Assembly: GCF_006345805.1 (NCBI RefSeq)
Contig: NC_043000.1
Span: 4,774,001 to 4,838,000 of the forward strand
DNA: 64,000 nucleotides
Direction of reading: 5' to 3'
DNA from: Octopus sinensis
Lineage: Eukaryota
Part shown: one piece after another, positions 1 to 12,854 of the stretch
Numbering within the stretch: position 1 is the first letter of the stretch
How the letters are laid out: each line of letters starts with the position of its first letter
The notes under the pieces: model-generated
The model's input: only the letters and a program-made list of their open reading frames with translations
Database searches by the model: none
Told to the model about the DNA's origin: nothing
Position numbers and translations under genes: made by a program

Positions 1-4
1 AATA

Positions 5-43
<39 letters not shown>

Positions 44-44
<1 letters not shown>

Positions 45-260
45 CCTTTCTACTATAGGCACGAGGCCTGAAATTTGGTGGGAGGGGGGAAGTCGATTAC
101 ATCAACCCCAATACATAATTGGTACTTAATTTACTGACCCTCAAAAAGATGACTGACAAAGTCAACCTCAGCAGTATTTGAACTCAGAATGTAATGCTGG
201 ATGAAATCCCACTAAGCATTTTTCTCTTAGTGTGCTAACATTTCTGCCAGTTTGCTGTTT
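44..260 (-). mobile_element. SINE family A
   Basis: Reverse complement of the 40185 consensus, flanked by (AAT)n. Other copies at about 584-795(-), 2285-2480(-), 22205-22370(+), 46960-47110(-), 53650-53760(-) and 56853-57050(+). Confidence 0.8.
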
Positions 261-1082
261 TAATAATAATAATAATAATATTAATAATCTTTTCCTGGAA
301 TTGGATCTCAAAGTACATATAAAGCATTTAAATATTGGGTTGGCAAACCCTTTACGATAGAAAAAAATCAGGTAGCATTCAATATTTTCAGTCCAAAAGA
401 ATTTTTCAACCTGATATTTACATGCTATTATTTATAGCTTTATGTGCTTTGAGATCCAATTCCAAGAAAGAATTATTCCATACTCTCTTGAAAGTGAATA
501 AATTCTTATGTCAACAACAATAACAAAAATAATAACAATAATAATAATAATGATAATAATAATAACAACAACAATAATAATAATCCTTTTTATTATAGGC
601 ACAAACCCTGAAATTTTGGAGGAGGGGACTAGTTGATTACATCAACCCCAGTGCTCAACTGGTACTTATTTAATCGACCCTGAAAGGATGAAAGGCAAAG
701 TCGACCTCAGTGGAATTTGAACTCAGAACGTAAGAACAGACAAAATGCCACTAAGCATTTCAGTTAACATGTTAACGATTCTGCAGCTCACCACCAATAT
801 TAATAATGATAATTGTGATAATAGCAATAACAATAATAATATTAATAACAATGTAACTTTTTTACTTAGAGAAAGAAAAGGTGCGTCAAGAACAATGTGT
901 TGTAATATTCATACTTTTCCAACAAACAATACCAACAAAAATAAGCAAAAAAAAAAAAAAAACCCAACAAAAAAAACAACAAAAAATATACAGATAGTTC
1001 CAACTGGGAATTTGAAACCAGCTCACAGATTTAATTGGCACAGAATTTGTCCCTGCACCATGGTAATGCTGCCACAGCCATC

Positions 1083-1113
<31 letters not shown>

Positions 1114-1282
1114 CCATTGTGTTCATCATCATTTTCATCATCATCATCATCATCATATCACAACAACAACAATATTAAATAGTCAATTTTCCTCCTATTC
1201 AATAAATTGTTCTATGTTATAAAAACCGTACATCATATTTACAAATATCACATATTATTTTCATGCATTAAATTTTATCTTC

Positions 1283-1337
<55 letters not shown>

Positions 1338-1524
1338 TTTATCAAATACAACCTGTTGGTTTGCTTAATGCAGGATTATTTTTCTTTCTTTTTTTTTTGC
1401 TTGCTTACTTGTTTTTGTTTTTAGATCTGGTCTTCATTTATTTGGTGTTCTTTTTTTTTTTAAATTCCAATTTTTGTTCTTTTGCTTTTTTTTTTTTAAA
1501 AGAATTTTCGTGATAACTAAATTG

Positions 1525-1617
1525 TTAAGGAGTTATAGATTTTTGCTGTAATGCAGAAAAACGAATTGTGTTCATGGATTTCTTGAGCTTGCAGATGTGC
1601 AATGTTCCAAGAGGAAT
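1525..1617 (-). other. Candidate terminal exon of an unidentified minus-strand gene
   Basis: Long polypyrimidine tract and acceptor (ttctatttcttttcttttctgtatgtttcAG|A). All three frames end in a stop within about 100 nt, followed by A-rich sequence with AATAAA near 1440. Confidence 0.3.
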
Positions 1618-1667
1618 CTGAAACATACAGAAAAGAAAAGAAATAGAATGAGAACAGATTAGATGCA

Positions 1668-1718
<51 letters not shown>

Positions 1719-1824
1719 GTAATAATAATAGTAATAATAATAGAAGAAGAAGAAGAAGAAGAAGAAGAAGAAGAAGAAGAAGAAGAAGAAGAAGAAGAAG
1801 AAGAAGAAGAAGAAGAAGAAGAAG

Positions 1825-1856
<32 letters not shown>

Positions 1857-1866
1857 GAAGAAGAAG
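1668..1866. repeat. Compound (AAT)n-(AAG)n microsatellite
   Basis: Direct reading. Confidence 0.98.
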
Positions 1867-2514
1867 GAGTAGTGAAGTAATATAGTAAGTTTCAGTAAAG
1901 CATAACGGATTTGAATGGAGGGAAATAAGCTCCCCCTCTCCTGCCTCCCAGAAGAAAAAATTAATTTAATACAGTGTAACAAGTATATCAATAAAAGGGA
2001 GTGAGATGTCCAGTTGAGTATGGGGAGATAATCCTTAAATACATACATTTACACACACATATATATATATATATACACATATACATATATTGTCAGTGAA
2101 TTATAAATCCAGAAAAAAGCACACTCTAAGTTATAGAGCTGTAGAGTATATAGATAAAGATGGATTTGGCCGGTCTATGGGATTATTCTGAGTCTCACGG
2201 CCATAAAGCGTGTAGCTTTACAGCATTTCTTGAGACCCTAGGCCTATGGCCTCTAATAGCAACAACAATAATAATAATAGTAGTAGTTTCAAATGTTGAC
2301 ACAAGGCCTGAAACTTTGCAGAAGAGGATTAGCTGATTACATTGAGTCCAGTGCTCAACTGGTACTTATTTTATCAGCCCCGAAAGGATGATAGGCAAAG
2401 TTGACTCCAGCGGCATTTGGACTCAGAATGTAAAGGCACACAAAATACTGTTGAGCAATTTACCTGGCCTGTAGCAGCAGCAGCAATAATAATAATAATA
2501 ATAATAATAATGGG

Positions 2515-2843
2515 AGCATTATAGCCATGTGTTGAGAGGGATTCTTTGGGGTTTGAATAATTCACCTCTGGAAACATGGGTGGTTCTTTCAACATCCTTA
2601 AACAACCCTTATTCAGGGATATTTTGAGCGGGATCGGCTACTCGACAAGAAGAAATTTCTAACTGGGCCCCATCTGCAAGGTCATGTGCTGTTTACTTGA
2701 TATGAGATCACCATGTCGCGCACATATGGTTGTGATGCATGTGCCTGGTGTACCCTTATCAGACGGGTAGTCATGATGGGTATATTGGGCTTCGTATATT
2801 TTACCCCAGTGTCACTTTGATGGCATGAACTGCTCTCTCACTC

Positions 2844-2850
<7 letters not shown>
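2515..2850 (+). mobile_element. Interspersed repeat family F
   Basis: ..ccccagtgtcactttgatggcatgaactgctctctcactcAATAATAAT. Confidence 0.7.
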
Positions 2851-2933
<83 letters not shown>

Positions 2934-3949
2934 GATGATGATGATGATGATAATACATTGTCTGAGACTACAAAGTTTTTTCCCTTACTAACCAAGTTGA
3001 TTTTGGTCCCGAAATTTCGGAGCATGCTGTATACATAGCATATAATACATGGACTTTTATGATGAATTTTAAACTAATTCTTAAAAACATTTTTGCATAA
3101 GGGGAAATTTAGCTGCTGGCTAGAAACCAGCACATGCAGCTAGACATGGTAGAGCATATGAACTGAGTGTCTAGCAAAACTTTAGTTGGGTCAGCGTCCT
3201 CTGTTCTACTTTCAGAATTCAAATCTAATTGGGTTCAATAAAACATAACATGCAGGAGACATGCCGTGAGGGTGGTGGGGCATGTTGCCCTTGATGTTGA
3301 TTTTAGCAATCAGCTACACAACCTACCCTCTCCACCCCAACATGTTCTGGGCTTTGTGACGACAACAAAAGAAATCAATATTAAGAATGAAAGAAAAGAA
3401 AGAAAGAAAACAATGGCTAACTAATCAATCAGGCTTTACCACGAGATGAGAAATGAGTTAATAAAGCAAACGGCCATACTATGCAGTTATGCAGTTTATG
3501 TGCAGAGCAATTACACACGGGGATTCTGTTGATGCAGCTGTAGAAATATGAGAGAAAAAAATAAGAAGAATAAAAATAATTTATTCTGCTAAAACAAGCA
3601 ATGCAAATCGGTGAATGAGAATGTTATTAGTAGAGAGGAGTACAAGGAGTTACTGTTAATGACTATGTAACTAAGCTAATAAAACCAAACCAAAAAATTT
3701 TTAATAAAAAGGGAAAATGGAAGGGATGAAAGAAACATGATGAAATATGGCAGAACGAATGTATTATCATAGTAAATATCTATTTACTAAATAGACCTAA
3801 GAATTAGTTTCAGTACATTACTACTTGTCGAAGAACAAACAAAAGGGAATGAGCACTTGTATATGTACATGTGTTTGTGTGTGTATATATATGCATATAT
3901 GCATGTGTGTGTTTATGTGTGTATGTGTGTGTATATATATATATATATC

Positions 3950-4195
3950 ATCATCATCATCATCATCGTTTAGCGTCCGCTTTCCATGCTGGCATGGGTT
4001 GGACAGTTCAACTGGGGTCTGGGAAGCCAGAAGGCTGCACCAGGCTCCAGTCTTATCTGGCAGTGTTTCTACAGCTGGATACCCTTCCTAACGCCAACCA
4101 CTCCGTGAGTGTAGTGGGTGCTTTTTATGTGCCACCGACACAGGTGCTAGACGAGGCTGGCGAACGGCCACGCTCGGATGGTGTTTTTTACGTAT
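3950..4195 (-). mobile_element. RTE 3'-UTR copy (family C)
   Basis: catcatcatcgtttagcgtccgctttccatgctggcatgggttggac.. Further copies at about 15585-15890(+), 25205-25395(-), 39700-39900(+), 41320-41415(-), 45625-45890(-), 48480-48700(+), 50730-50895(-) and 51723-52000(-). Confidence 0.85.
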
Positions 4196-5113
4196 ATATA
4201 TATATATATGGATGAGGATGAAAGCCCATGCTTCGGTCAGAATTGACCATGGAACTGCACCTAGAAAGTTACCCTCTGAGGCACAGAACTGGGCAAGATT
4301 GTTTATAGATGACCAGCAGTCACCCATGCATACCAGCCTCCCCTCTCCATGGCACTGATGTTATCCAAAGGAAACACACAGTTCTGATACAGCTTGGAAC
4401 CAGTGATGTCGCAACTCATTTTTACTGGAGTAATGTGAAGTAAAGTGTCTTGCTCAAGAACACAACACACAGCCTGGTCCGGGTATTGAACTCACTACCT
4501 CATGATTGTGAGCCTGTAAGTATATATATATATATATATTATATAAGAGGGCTTAGTAAAATAAATTACTTTGCCGCATACTGAACTCATTAGAAATAGC
4601 AGCTAAAAACTTTTTTAAAGCTATTTCTAATACTTAAAGAAAATCTCTCTCATATATAGTGTTTGCTTAATTCAACTCACAAAGTTTGGGGGTAAGGACA
4701 TCGAAAAATCAAATGCTAAGGTTATTCGAGAACGTACGTTTCAAGATTAGTCAAAACAACATTCTATCATCGGCTCAGAAATTCCTTGGTTTGGATTTGG
4801 AACACTGAAAATAAGAACATACCTTTTCGAAGATCTGCTCCCAACTAACAGTGCCAACAAATTCAAATAAGCAAGCGAAGAATCTCCGTTCTCCCCTTTC
4901 CACCAGCGTGGGTTAAAATCATCAAACACTATGCTTATTCGGTAAAATCCGAAGCATTATCAGAGGGAGATTAATTATAATTTCAACAATTGAGGGCAAA
5001 ATTAATTAATTATTAATCAATTTCACCAAGTGTTCAGTATGCAAAGGGACCATTCAAGGCGAATTCAAATTATTACATTATATATATATATATATATATA
5101 TACATACATACAT

Positions 5114-5166
<53 letters not shown>

Positions 5167-5176
5167 TATAAATATA

Positions 5177-5722
5177 TATAACCATGTCTTGCAAATATCA
5201 AAATTACGTAAACTAACACTGGAATGGTTTATGATGTGCTCAGTGGCTTATCCTTAATTTCTGCTAAGATATGCTTTTTAAAACACAGATATGAAGTAAA
5301 TCTCTTGCTCCTTGTATTTATAGTCATTGGAGCTTCTTAAGTGTTTTAAAAGATGCAGTTTTTTAAGTGAGCAGATGGAGCGTCTTTTTCGAAGCATTAA
5401 TATAAAGTTTAGTTGTCCCCTTAAGTTTCCATATTAATGCTGAGAGGGTTGTTGTATGTTTCTTCTCAAGATTTTGGATTTAAATTTAAATGTTCCTTAT
5501 ACAGATCCAGTATAATGTTTGGTCTCTGTCCAAGCATTGCCATAGTTTGCTGATACCTGTGCTTCTTAAGCAACAGAGGATATACAATGGGCAAGATTTT
5601 TTCTTCATGTCCACATTTTAAAAAATACATCTTAGTGGAAATTAAGGATAAACCACTGGACACACCATATTCCAGTGTTGTTGGTTTATGAAATTTTGAT
5701 ATTTGTAAGGCACTGGTTATAT
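5177..5722. mobile_element. Old foldback/MITE with degenerate TIRs of about 140 bp
   Basis: 5177-5320 is an imperfect reverse complement of 5585-5722. Confidence 0.65.
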
Positions 5723-5992
5723 TTACTGAGAATTTAATTACCCCCACTCCATTTCTCTGAAACTTTTTTAAAATGTGCATGTTAATTCAAAAGTTGATTG
5801 TATAAAATGCAGTCACTAAACTGTCTTTCACCAGCTTGATAAATGGTGAAATAAATTAATATTTTGGCAGGGAAACCCTGGGTAACTGTATTTCACACAG
5901 CTATTTGTGGTTTTTATTATATCTTTATTTTCTTAACTGATTGATTGCTATATTACTTGCTGAAGGCTGACCACTCAGAATGACCACATAGA

Positions 5993-6032
<40 letters not shown>

Positions 6033-6997
6033 TTATTTAGTTTTTAAATTCAAGCTATTATTAGTTCATACTGTGAAAACAGAATGGTATGATGAGCTTG
6101 TGTAGCAACTATGTGTTTTCAAGCAATTTTTCAGACTTAAATATACAACTTGGCTGGTGATTTTGGAAGAATGAGAAAGGTCTTTGAGAATGCAAGAGAA
6201 AAGACAAGGGAAAGGTAAAAGTAAAAAGTGGAAAGAGAGAAAAGTAAAACAAAAATTAAGTGTTACATCCCTTTGGCCCATTTGAATCAAAATTAATATG
6301 GTTGGTGTAAATTAATTCAATGTAGAGAAAGTCAAAGTTTGTGAGGCTGTATGCTTAATCCTATCCTTAACAGATAAGTATTTCCTCATTAACCATAGAT
6401 ACAAGAAAATTTTTAATAAACATTCAGTGGAAGTTTCATAGCATGCACCCACTCCAAGTTGTAACTGTCAAAAACCAGAAACTTGCCCACTCAACCAGGT
6501 ATGCATGCTTAACTCAGTGGTTTATGAAACTGAAGTCACTGTGGTGCTCCAAAATAAAGAAATTCAAAAGAAAAAGTGCATTGATATATGCAAAATTGAT
6601 TTTTAAAAAATACACTGACCACCAGTTTTCTTTATAAGAAGAAGACCAGAAAGTTAGCTAGCTATATCTGGGAAAGCCAACTACACATTGCAAGTGGAGC
6701 ATCATGGAATTATCAACACCATACATTAATGGATCAAAGAGATGCAGGTTTTGTTTAGCCAAAAGATCTCATGACCTTTTTAGAGAAAAAAAATGCTACT
6801 GATCTACTAAATTCCAGATCTGAAATTTTATTCACAGTAAGCTTCTAGTCAAATTTCTTTCATCATACTGGAAAACACTACCCTCTCTTGATAAGCATGC
6901 AGTCTCACAAACTTTCACTTTTTACTCATTGAATTAATTTACACAAACTAAATAATTCTGATTCCAACAGGGATATAACTCTAAACTTTTATCTTGG

Positions 6998-7725
6998 CTC
7001 ACTTGGCTTGCCGAGGCTTCTCAAGCACAGCATATTTCCAAAGGTCCCAGTCACTAGTCATTTCCTCGGTGAGGCCCAATGTTTGAAGGTCATGCCTCAC
7101 TATCTCATCCCAGGTCTTCCTGGGTCTACCTCTTCCAAGGTTCCCTCAACCGCTAGGGTGTTGCACTTTTTCACACAGCTATCCTCATCCATTCTCGCCA
7201 CATGACCATACCAGTGCAGTCATCTCTCTTGCACACCATACATGAAGCTTCTTAGGTCCAACTTTTTACTCAAGGTACTTACACTCTGTCGAGTATGCAC
7301 ACTGACATTACACATCCACCAGAGCATACTGGCTTCATTCCTTGTGAGCTTATGCATGTCCTCAGCAGTCACGGCCCATGTTTCACTGCCACATAGCATG
7401 GCTGTTTGTACACATGCATCATACAGTCCACCTTTTACTCTGAGTGAGAGGCACTTTGTCACCAGCAGAGGTATGAGCTCTCTGAACTTTGCCCAGTCTA
7501 TTCTTATTCTAGCAGCTACACTTTCAGCACCCCCCCCCACTACTGATTTGGTCACCTAGGTAACAGAAACTATCAACTACTTCTAGTTTTTCTCCCTGGA
7601 ATGAGGCAGAAGTTGTTCTCTGCACATTTTCAGTGTCTATTGCACCTGAACATCTGCCACATACAAAAGCTATCTTCCCAGTTAGCCTTCCTTTGATATT
7701 GCTACAACTCTTATGTGTCCATAGT
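6998..7725 (-). mobile_element. RTE-clade LINE fragment (C-terminal part of ORF)
   Basis: LEVVDSFCYLGDQISSGGGC, VAARIRIDWAKFRELIPLL, YDACVQTAMLCGSETW and GRPRKTWDE motifs. Confidence 0.9.
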
Positions 7726-7889
7726 TTACACACACACACACATATATATATATGAAACTGTAAGGTGTTACTCAAGCACTCAACTTTGAGTCCAACGCAT
7801 CTTATAGAAACAGCTGTAAGGTAATGAAGTTCATTAGATAATCATTTACTCCTTTGCCATCATTTTTCTCAGATATATATATATTATGA

Positions 7890-8232
7890 CTGGCACCCGG
7901 CAGATGCCAAGACCCCTGGACTGGAGATACGTAAAAAGCACTATCCGAATCGTGGCCAAAGCCAGTGCCGCCTCGACTGGCTTCCGTGCAGGTGGCACGT
8001 AAAATGCACCAATCTGACTGTGGCCGATGCCAGCCTTGCCTGGCTCCAGTGCAGGTGGCACATAAAAAGCACTCACTACACTCACGGAATGGTTGGCGTT
8101 AGGAAGGGCATCCAGCTGTAGAAACATTGCCAGATAAGACCGGAGCCTGGTGCAGCCTTCTGGCTTCCCAGATCCCTGGTCGAACCGTCCAACCCATGCT
8201 AGCATGGAGAACGGATGTTAAACGATGATGAT
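7890..8232 (+). mobile_element. RTE 3'-UTR copy (family C)
   Basis: Ends ..ccaacccatgctagcatggagaacggatgttaaacgatgatgat. Confidence 0.85.
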
Positions 8233-8726
8233 ATATGAAACAAATGTGAGACCCATATATGAAACAGATTCCTCCGAACAAATATGTAAAAATATGTGCA
8301 ACTAACAACACCCTGAAATTCCCAGGATTCCCCCTTTATCTTGGTTCTGATAAGTCTACAGATAAAACACAGATAAATAAAGAAAATATGTTTATCAAAC
8401 GGTATGAACTACAGCTTAATTGTAATTGTACAACTAAATTGTACAATTTAATTACAACATATTGTAATGGGTCACTAACTAAGACTTAAAACCATAACAT
8501 GTTTTGAAATCAGCCTTGATAGCTATTCTTTTATTCTTTCACTTGTTTCAGTCATTTGTCTGTGGCCATGCTGGAGCACTACCTTAAAGGGTTTTTAGCC
8601 AAAGAAATCAGCCCCAGGACTTATCCTTTGTAAGCCTAGTACATATTTTATCGGTTTTCTTTTGCCGAACTACTAAGTTACAGGGTCATAAACACACCAA
8701 CATCAGTTATCAAGCAATGGTGATTA

Positions 8727-9138
8727 CTCTTTCCCTTTTACTCTTTTACTTGTTTCAGTCATTTGACTGCGGCCATGCTGGAGCACCGCCTTTAGTCGAG
8801 CAACTCGACCCCGGGACTTATTCTTTGGAAGCCCAGTACTTATTCTATCGGTCTCTTTTGCCGAACAGCTAAGTGACGGGGACGTAAACACACCAGCATC
8901 GGTTGTCAAGCAATGCTAGGGGGACAAACACAGACACACAAACACACACACGCATACATATGCATATATATACTTATATACGACAGGCTTCTTTCAGTTT
9001 CCGTCTACCAAATCCACTCACAAGGCTTTGGTCGGCCTGAGGCTATAGCAGAAGACACTTGCCCAAGATGCCACGCAGTGGGACTGAACCTGGAACCATG
9101 TGGTTGGTTAGCAAGCTACTTACCACACAGCCACTCCT
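8727..9138 (-). mobile_element. SINE family D
   Basis: Full copy. Others at about 8530-8720, 9160-9320, 14705-15096, 17860-18205, 30700-31025 (all -) and 20100-20540, 37060-37560 (+). Confidence 0.85.
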
Positions 9139-9889
9139 GGGACAAATATATATATAAACAATAGGCTTCTTTCAGTTTCTGTCAACCAAATCCGCTCACA
9201 AGGCATTAGTTTTGGGTTCAGTCCAACTGTGTAACTTTGAGCAAGTGTCTTTTACTATAACCTGGGGCTCATCGAAGTCTTGTGAATGGAATCAGTAGAC
9301 GGAAACAAAAAAAGACACCTGTATACCTTTATCTCTCTCTATATATGCATGTGCATGTGTGCATGTATGTGTAGTTACCTATGAATGATAATTGTAAATC
9401 AGTATTGAAGCTACGAAGGGTAATGAACCATAGAAAACCTGCTTTGACAAATTCCATCTGATCCATGCAAGCATGGAAATGCAAATGTTAAAACAATGAT
9501 GATAATGATGATGATGATGATGATGGTGATGATGATAATGATGATGATTACAATGGCGATGATGGTGGTGATGATGATGATGATGATGATGTTTATGATG
9601 TGTTTATTATTGGCATAATGACCTTCCCAGGATACAACAAAATCCGTTTCAACACACAGCTTCACATCAAGAATCTTGCAAACCCAATACAAAAATTAAA
9701 TCTCTCTCTCTCTCCTTTCATATATACATATATATATATATATATATAATTATTAAGTTTGAAAATGGAGATTCAATGGATATAAATTAATATATACATA
9801 TACATACATATATATATTTACATTTATACATTTGTTTTGCAAGATTTCTGATGTGAAACCACGTGTGCATATGTATGTGCATGCATGTA

Positions 9890-11097
9890 TCAGGTCATCC
9901 CATAAGTTCTGTCCGAATTTTGAATAAAGAAAACAAGTGATCAAATGTTATATTTAATTGAAATTTAATCATCAATGTACTTTCCCTGATTATCTATGAC
10001 TTCCTTCCATCTATTTACAAGCTTTTTAATCCCATCAATGTAACACTTTTTTGGTTTCAAAGCGAAGAACTCTGAAATGTCAGTTTTGACCTCCTCCTGG
10101 CTTGCGAAAGTTATGTCCCCCAAATGATTCTGTAAACTACGAAACAAATGGTAGTCTGAAGGAGCAAGGTTGGGAGAATAAGGTGGATGAGGAATTTTTT
10201 CCCAACCAAGCTCTTTGATCATCTGTAATATGATCTTTGCATTGTCCTGATGAAACATCACTCCTATTTGATTCACTAAAGCAGATAATTTTTTCTTCAA
10301 AGCTTGGTTTAAACACTCTAATTGCTGACAGTAGACTTGAGCATTGATTGCTGCATTAGGTGGTAACAATTCAAAGTGAATTACTCCTTTGCAATCCCAC
10401 CAGATAGAGAGAAGAACCTTTTTCCCATGAAATTCCCTTCTTGGTTGTGGTTTTACCAAGCCACTGTTTATGATGTTTAACATTTCGATAGAATATCCAT
10501 TTGTCGTCACCTGTTCAAAAAGGGTGAAATGTGCTTGCGGTTGCTTTCAGACAATTCACGAGGCACCCATTTTCCAAGTTCAGGAACCTTTCCAAGTTGT
10601 TGAAGATGATGATGAACAGTTGTATGGTTTGAACTAAGCTTTATTGCCAATTCTTCAACTGAAAATGCAGGATTTTCTTCAAGTAATGCCTCAAGAAGCT
10701 TATCATCAAAGTCAACTGGACATCCTGTTGGATCTTCATCTTCAAGGCTGAAATCTGCACTTCTGAATTTTGCAAACCATCTTCTGCAAGTTCTTTCATT
10801 CAAGCATTCTTTCCCATAAACTGAGTGTATGTTTCAAGTAGCTTCAGCTGCAGAGTTTCCTTTTTTGTACTCATAAAGCATTATATGGCCCACATACTCT
10901 TTTGATACTTCAACGTTAGAAAGGATTTTAATCAAAGAAATTTTAATTCTATTATTCTGTAAAATAATATTTAATTAGTTTAAATGTACACACATGCATA
11001 AAAAAATTTTTAATTCCATTAGACATTCTAAAATATTATTAAATTTCATTCAATTTTAAAAATGGTAAAATCGGACAGAACTTATGGGATGACCTGA
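9890..11097 (-). mobile_element. Mariner DNA transposon with decayed transposase
   Basis: Perfect 27-bp TIRs TCAGGTCATCCCATAAGTTCTGTCCGA and TA at both sides (9888-9889, 11098-11099). Motifs WVPRELS, GDDKW, HQDNA and HPPYSPNLAPSDYHLF. Contains stops, frameshifts and small deletions. Confidence 0.95.
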
Positions 11098-11812
11098 TAT
11101 GTATAATTACCAATCAGCTGGTAACCCAGGCTTGTTTTCTCTTGAATTATCCATTGTTTGAATATATTTCGAAACACACACATACACACACATGGCTGTA
11201 TGTTTGAATGTATATTGTGAGCATGTGTGTGTGTGTGTGTGTGTGTACATGCATGTATATGTATGGGTGTAATTGAGCATATTCTTACTACAGACGTACT
11301 CTAATGCAGTTTCCCTAACATTGTACAGCTCTTCAAAAGTCCCATTCTTCTGCTGTTCATTTTATCTTGTTCTCAATAACTCCTCCCGGCCACAAGGCCA
11401 TATTTATCCCAACGTATATTTTAACAACAAAGGAAGAAGACAATTTAATTATTCACCTGGGTCATTTCCTCCCTTTATTTTGCAGGTTTTGTTTCCTCAC
11501 TTTCATTTTTTGCATGCCTTTGTTTTATGTTTTTGTTCCTGGTCTATACTGTGCTACCGGAATAAATGAGTTGTCAATTAACGATGTATTATGAATTGAT
11601 TAGCCAATAGTCAATAAAAGATCATTGGGTAATCAGCAGACAGTATTCATTTTAAAAGATAAATCATTGTCAAACTAAGAGAATACAGGTTACGTTTAGA
11701 CATTAATCTGTGCAGGTAAAGTTGCTTCTTAGACAAGAACACTGTTTTACACAAAAGGACTAAGAAGTTTAGTGTAGTGATTTTCTTTTTAAGCAAAAGT
11801 GTAATTAACATC

Positions 11813-12640
11813 ATCATCATCATCATCATCATCATCATTTAGTGTCCATTTTCCATGCTGGCATGGGCTAGTCGGTTTGACCGGAACTGGTAAGCCGGGG
11901 AGTTGCACTAGGTTCCAGTCTGATTTGGCATGGTTTCTATGGCTGGATGCCTTTGCTAACACCAACCGCTCCGAGAGTGTAATGGGTGCTTTTTACGTGC
12001 CACTGGCATGGGTGCCATTTACAGGATACTGGCAAAGGCCGTGACTATGATTTCACTTGGTTTGTCAAGTCTTCTCAAGCACAGCATATTGCCAAAGGGT
12101 GGAGGCACAATGGCCCAGTGGTTAGGGTAGTGGACTCGCGATCATAGGATCACGGTTTCGATCCCCAGACCGGGCGTTGTGAGTGTTTATTGAGTGAAAA
12201 CACCTAAAAAAGCTTCACGAGGCTCTGGCAGGGGGTGGTGGTGATCCCTGCTGTACTCTTTCACCACAACTTTCTCTCACTCTTACTTCCTGTTTCTCTT
12301 GTACCTGTATTTCAAGGGGCCGGCCTTGTCACTCTCTGTGTCACGCTGAATATCCCCAAGAACTACGTTAAGGGTGCACGTGTCTGTGGAGTGCTCAGCC
12401 ACTTACACGTTAATTTCACAAGCAGGCTGTTCCATTGATTCGGATCAACTGGAACCCTCATCGTCGTAACCGATGGAGTGCTTCCATCCATTGCCAAAGG
12501 TCTCAGTCACTAGTCATCATCTCCATGAGGTCCAATATTCAAAGATCATACTTCACTTCATCCCATGTCTTCCTGGGTATACCTCTTCCACAGGAACCCT
12601 CCACAGTTAGAGATTGGCACTTCTTTACACAGCTGTTCTC
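11813..12640 (-). mobile_element. RTE 3' end (ORF tail plus 3' UTR), interrupted by a SINE
   Basis: (GAT)n tail, ggatgcc..ctaac UTR motif and the RTE ORF end, continuous across the SINE at 12099-12489. Confidence 0.85.
12099..12489 (+). mobile_element. Full-length tRNA-derived SINE (family B) with 11-bp TSD
   Basis: Head TGGCCCAGTGGTTAGG..GTTTCGATCCC. TSD ATTGCCAAAGG at 12088-12098 and 12490-12500. Confidence 0.9.
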
Positions 12641-12854
12641 CATTATTCTTTTTCTTCTTATTATTATTATTGATTTGACTCAGGTTCATTCTTATTCCAG
12701 GTAGAATTTATGTAGGTAGTGTAACCTTAAGCAGCCACAAGCTTTCAACAGTCTTGCAAATACTTAAAATCCTTCTGATAATCTTTTCTGTCCTTAAGAA
12801 GCAAACTTTCAGTAGAAGCTCTACAGGGTATTCTATTCCAGTCTCCATCTTCAT

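Noticed and set aside
745-3025. Poly-N/S/F/Y/L ORFs in the track
   Set aside because: Translations of trinucleotide microsatellites and SINE A.
8913-9164. Recurrent ORFs such as MLGGQTQTHKH... and MGDCWSS...
   Set aside because: They recur because they are SINE D, SINE E and RTE UTR sequence, not a gene family.
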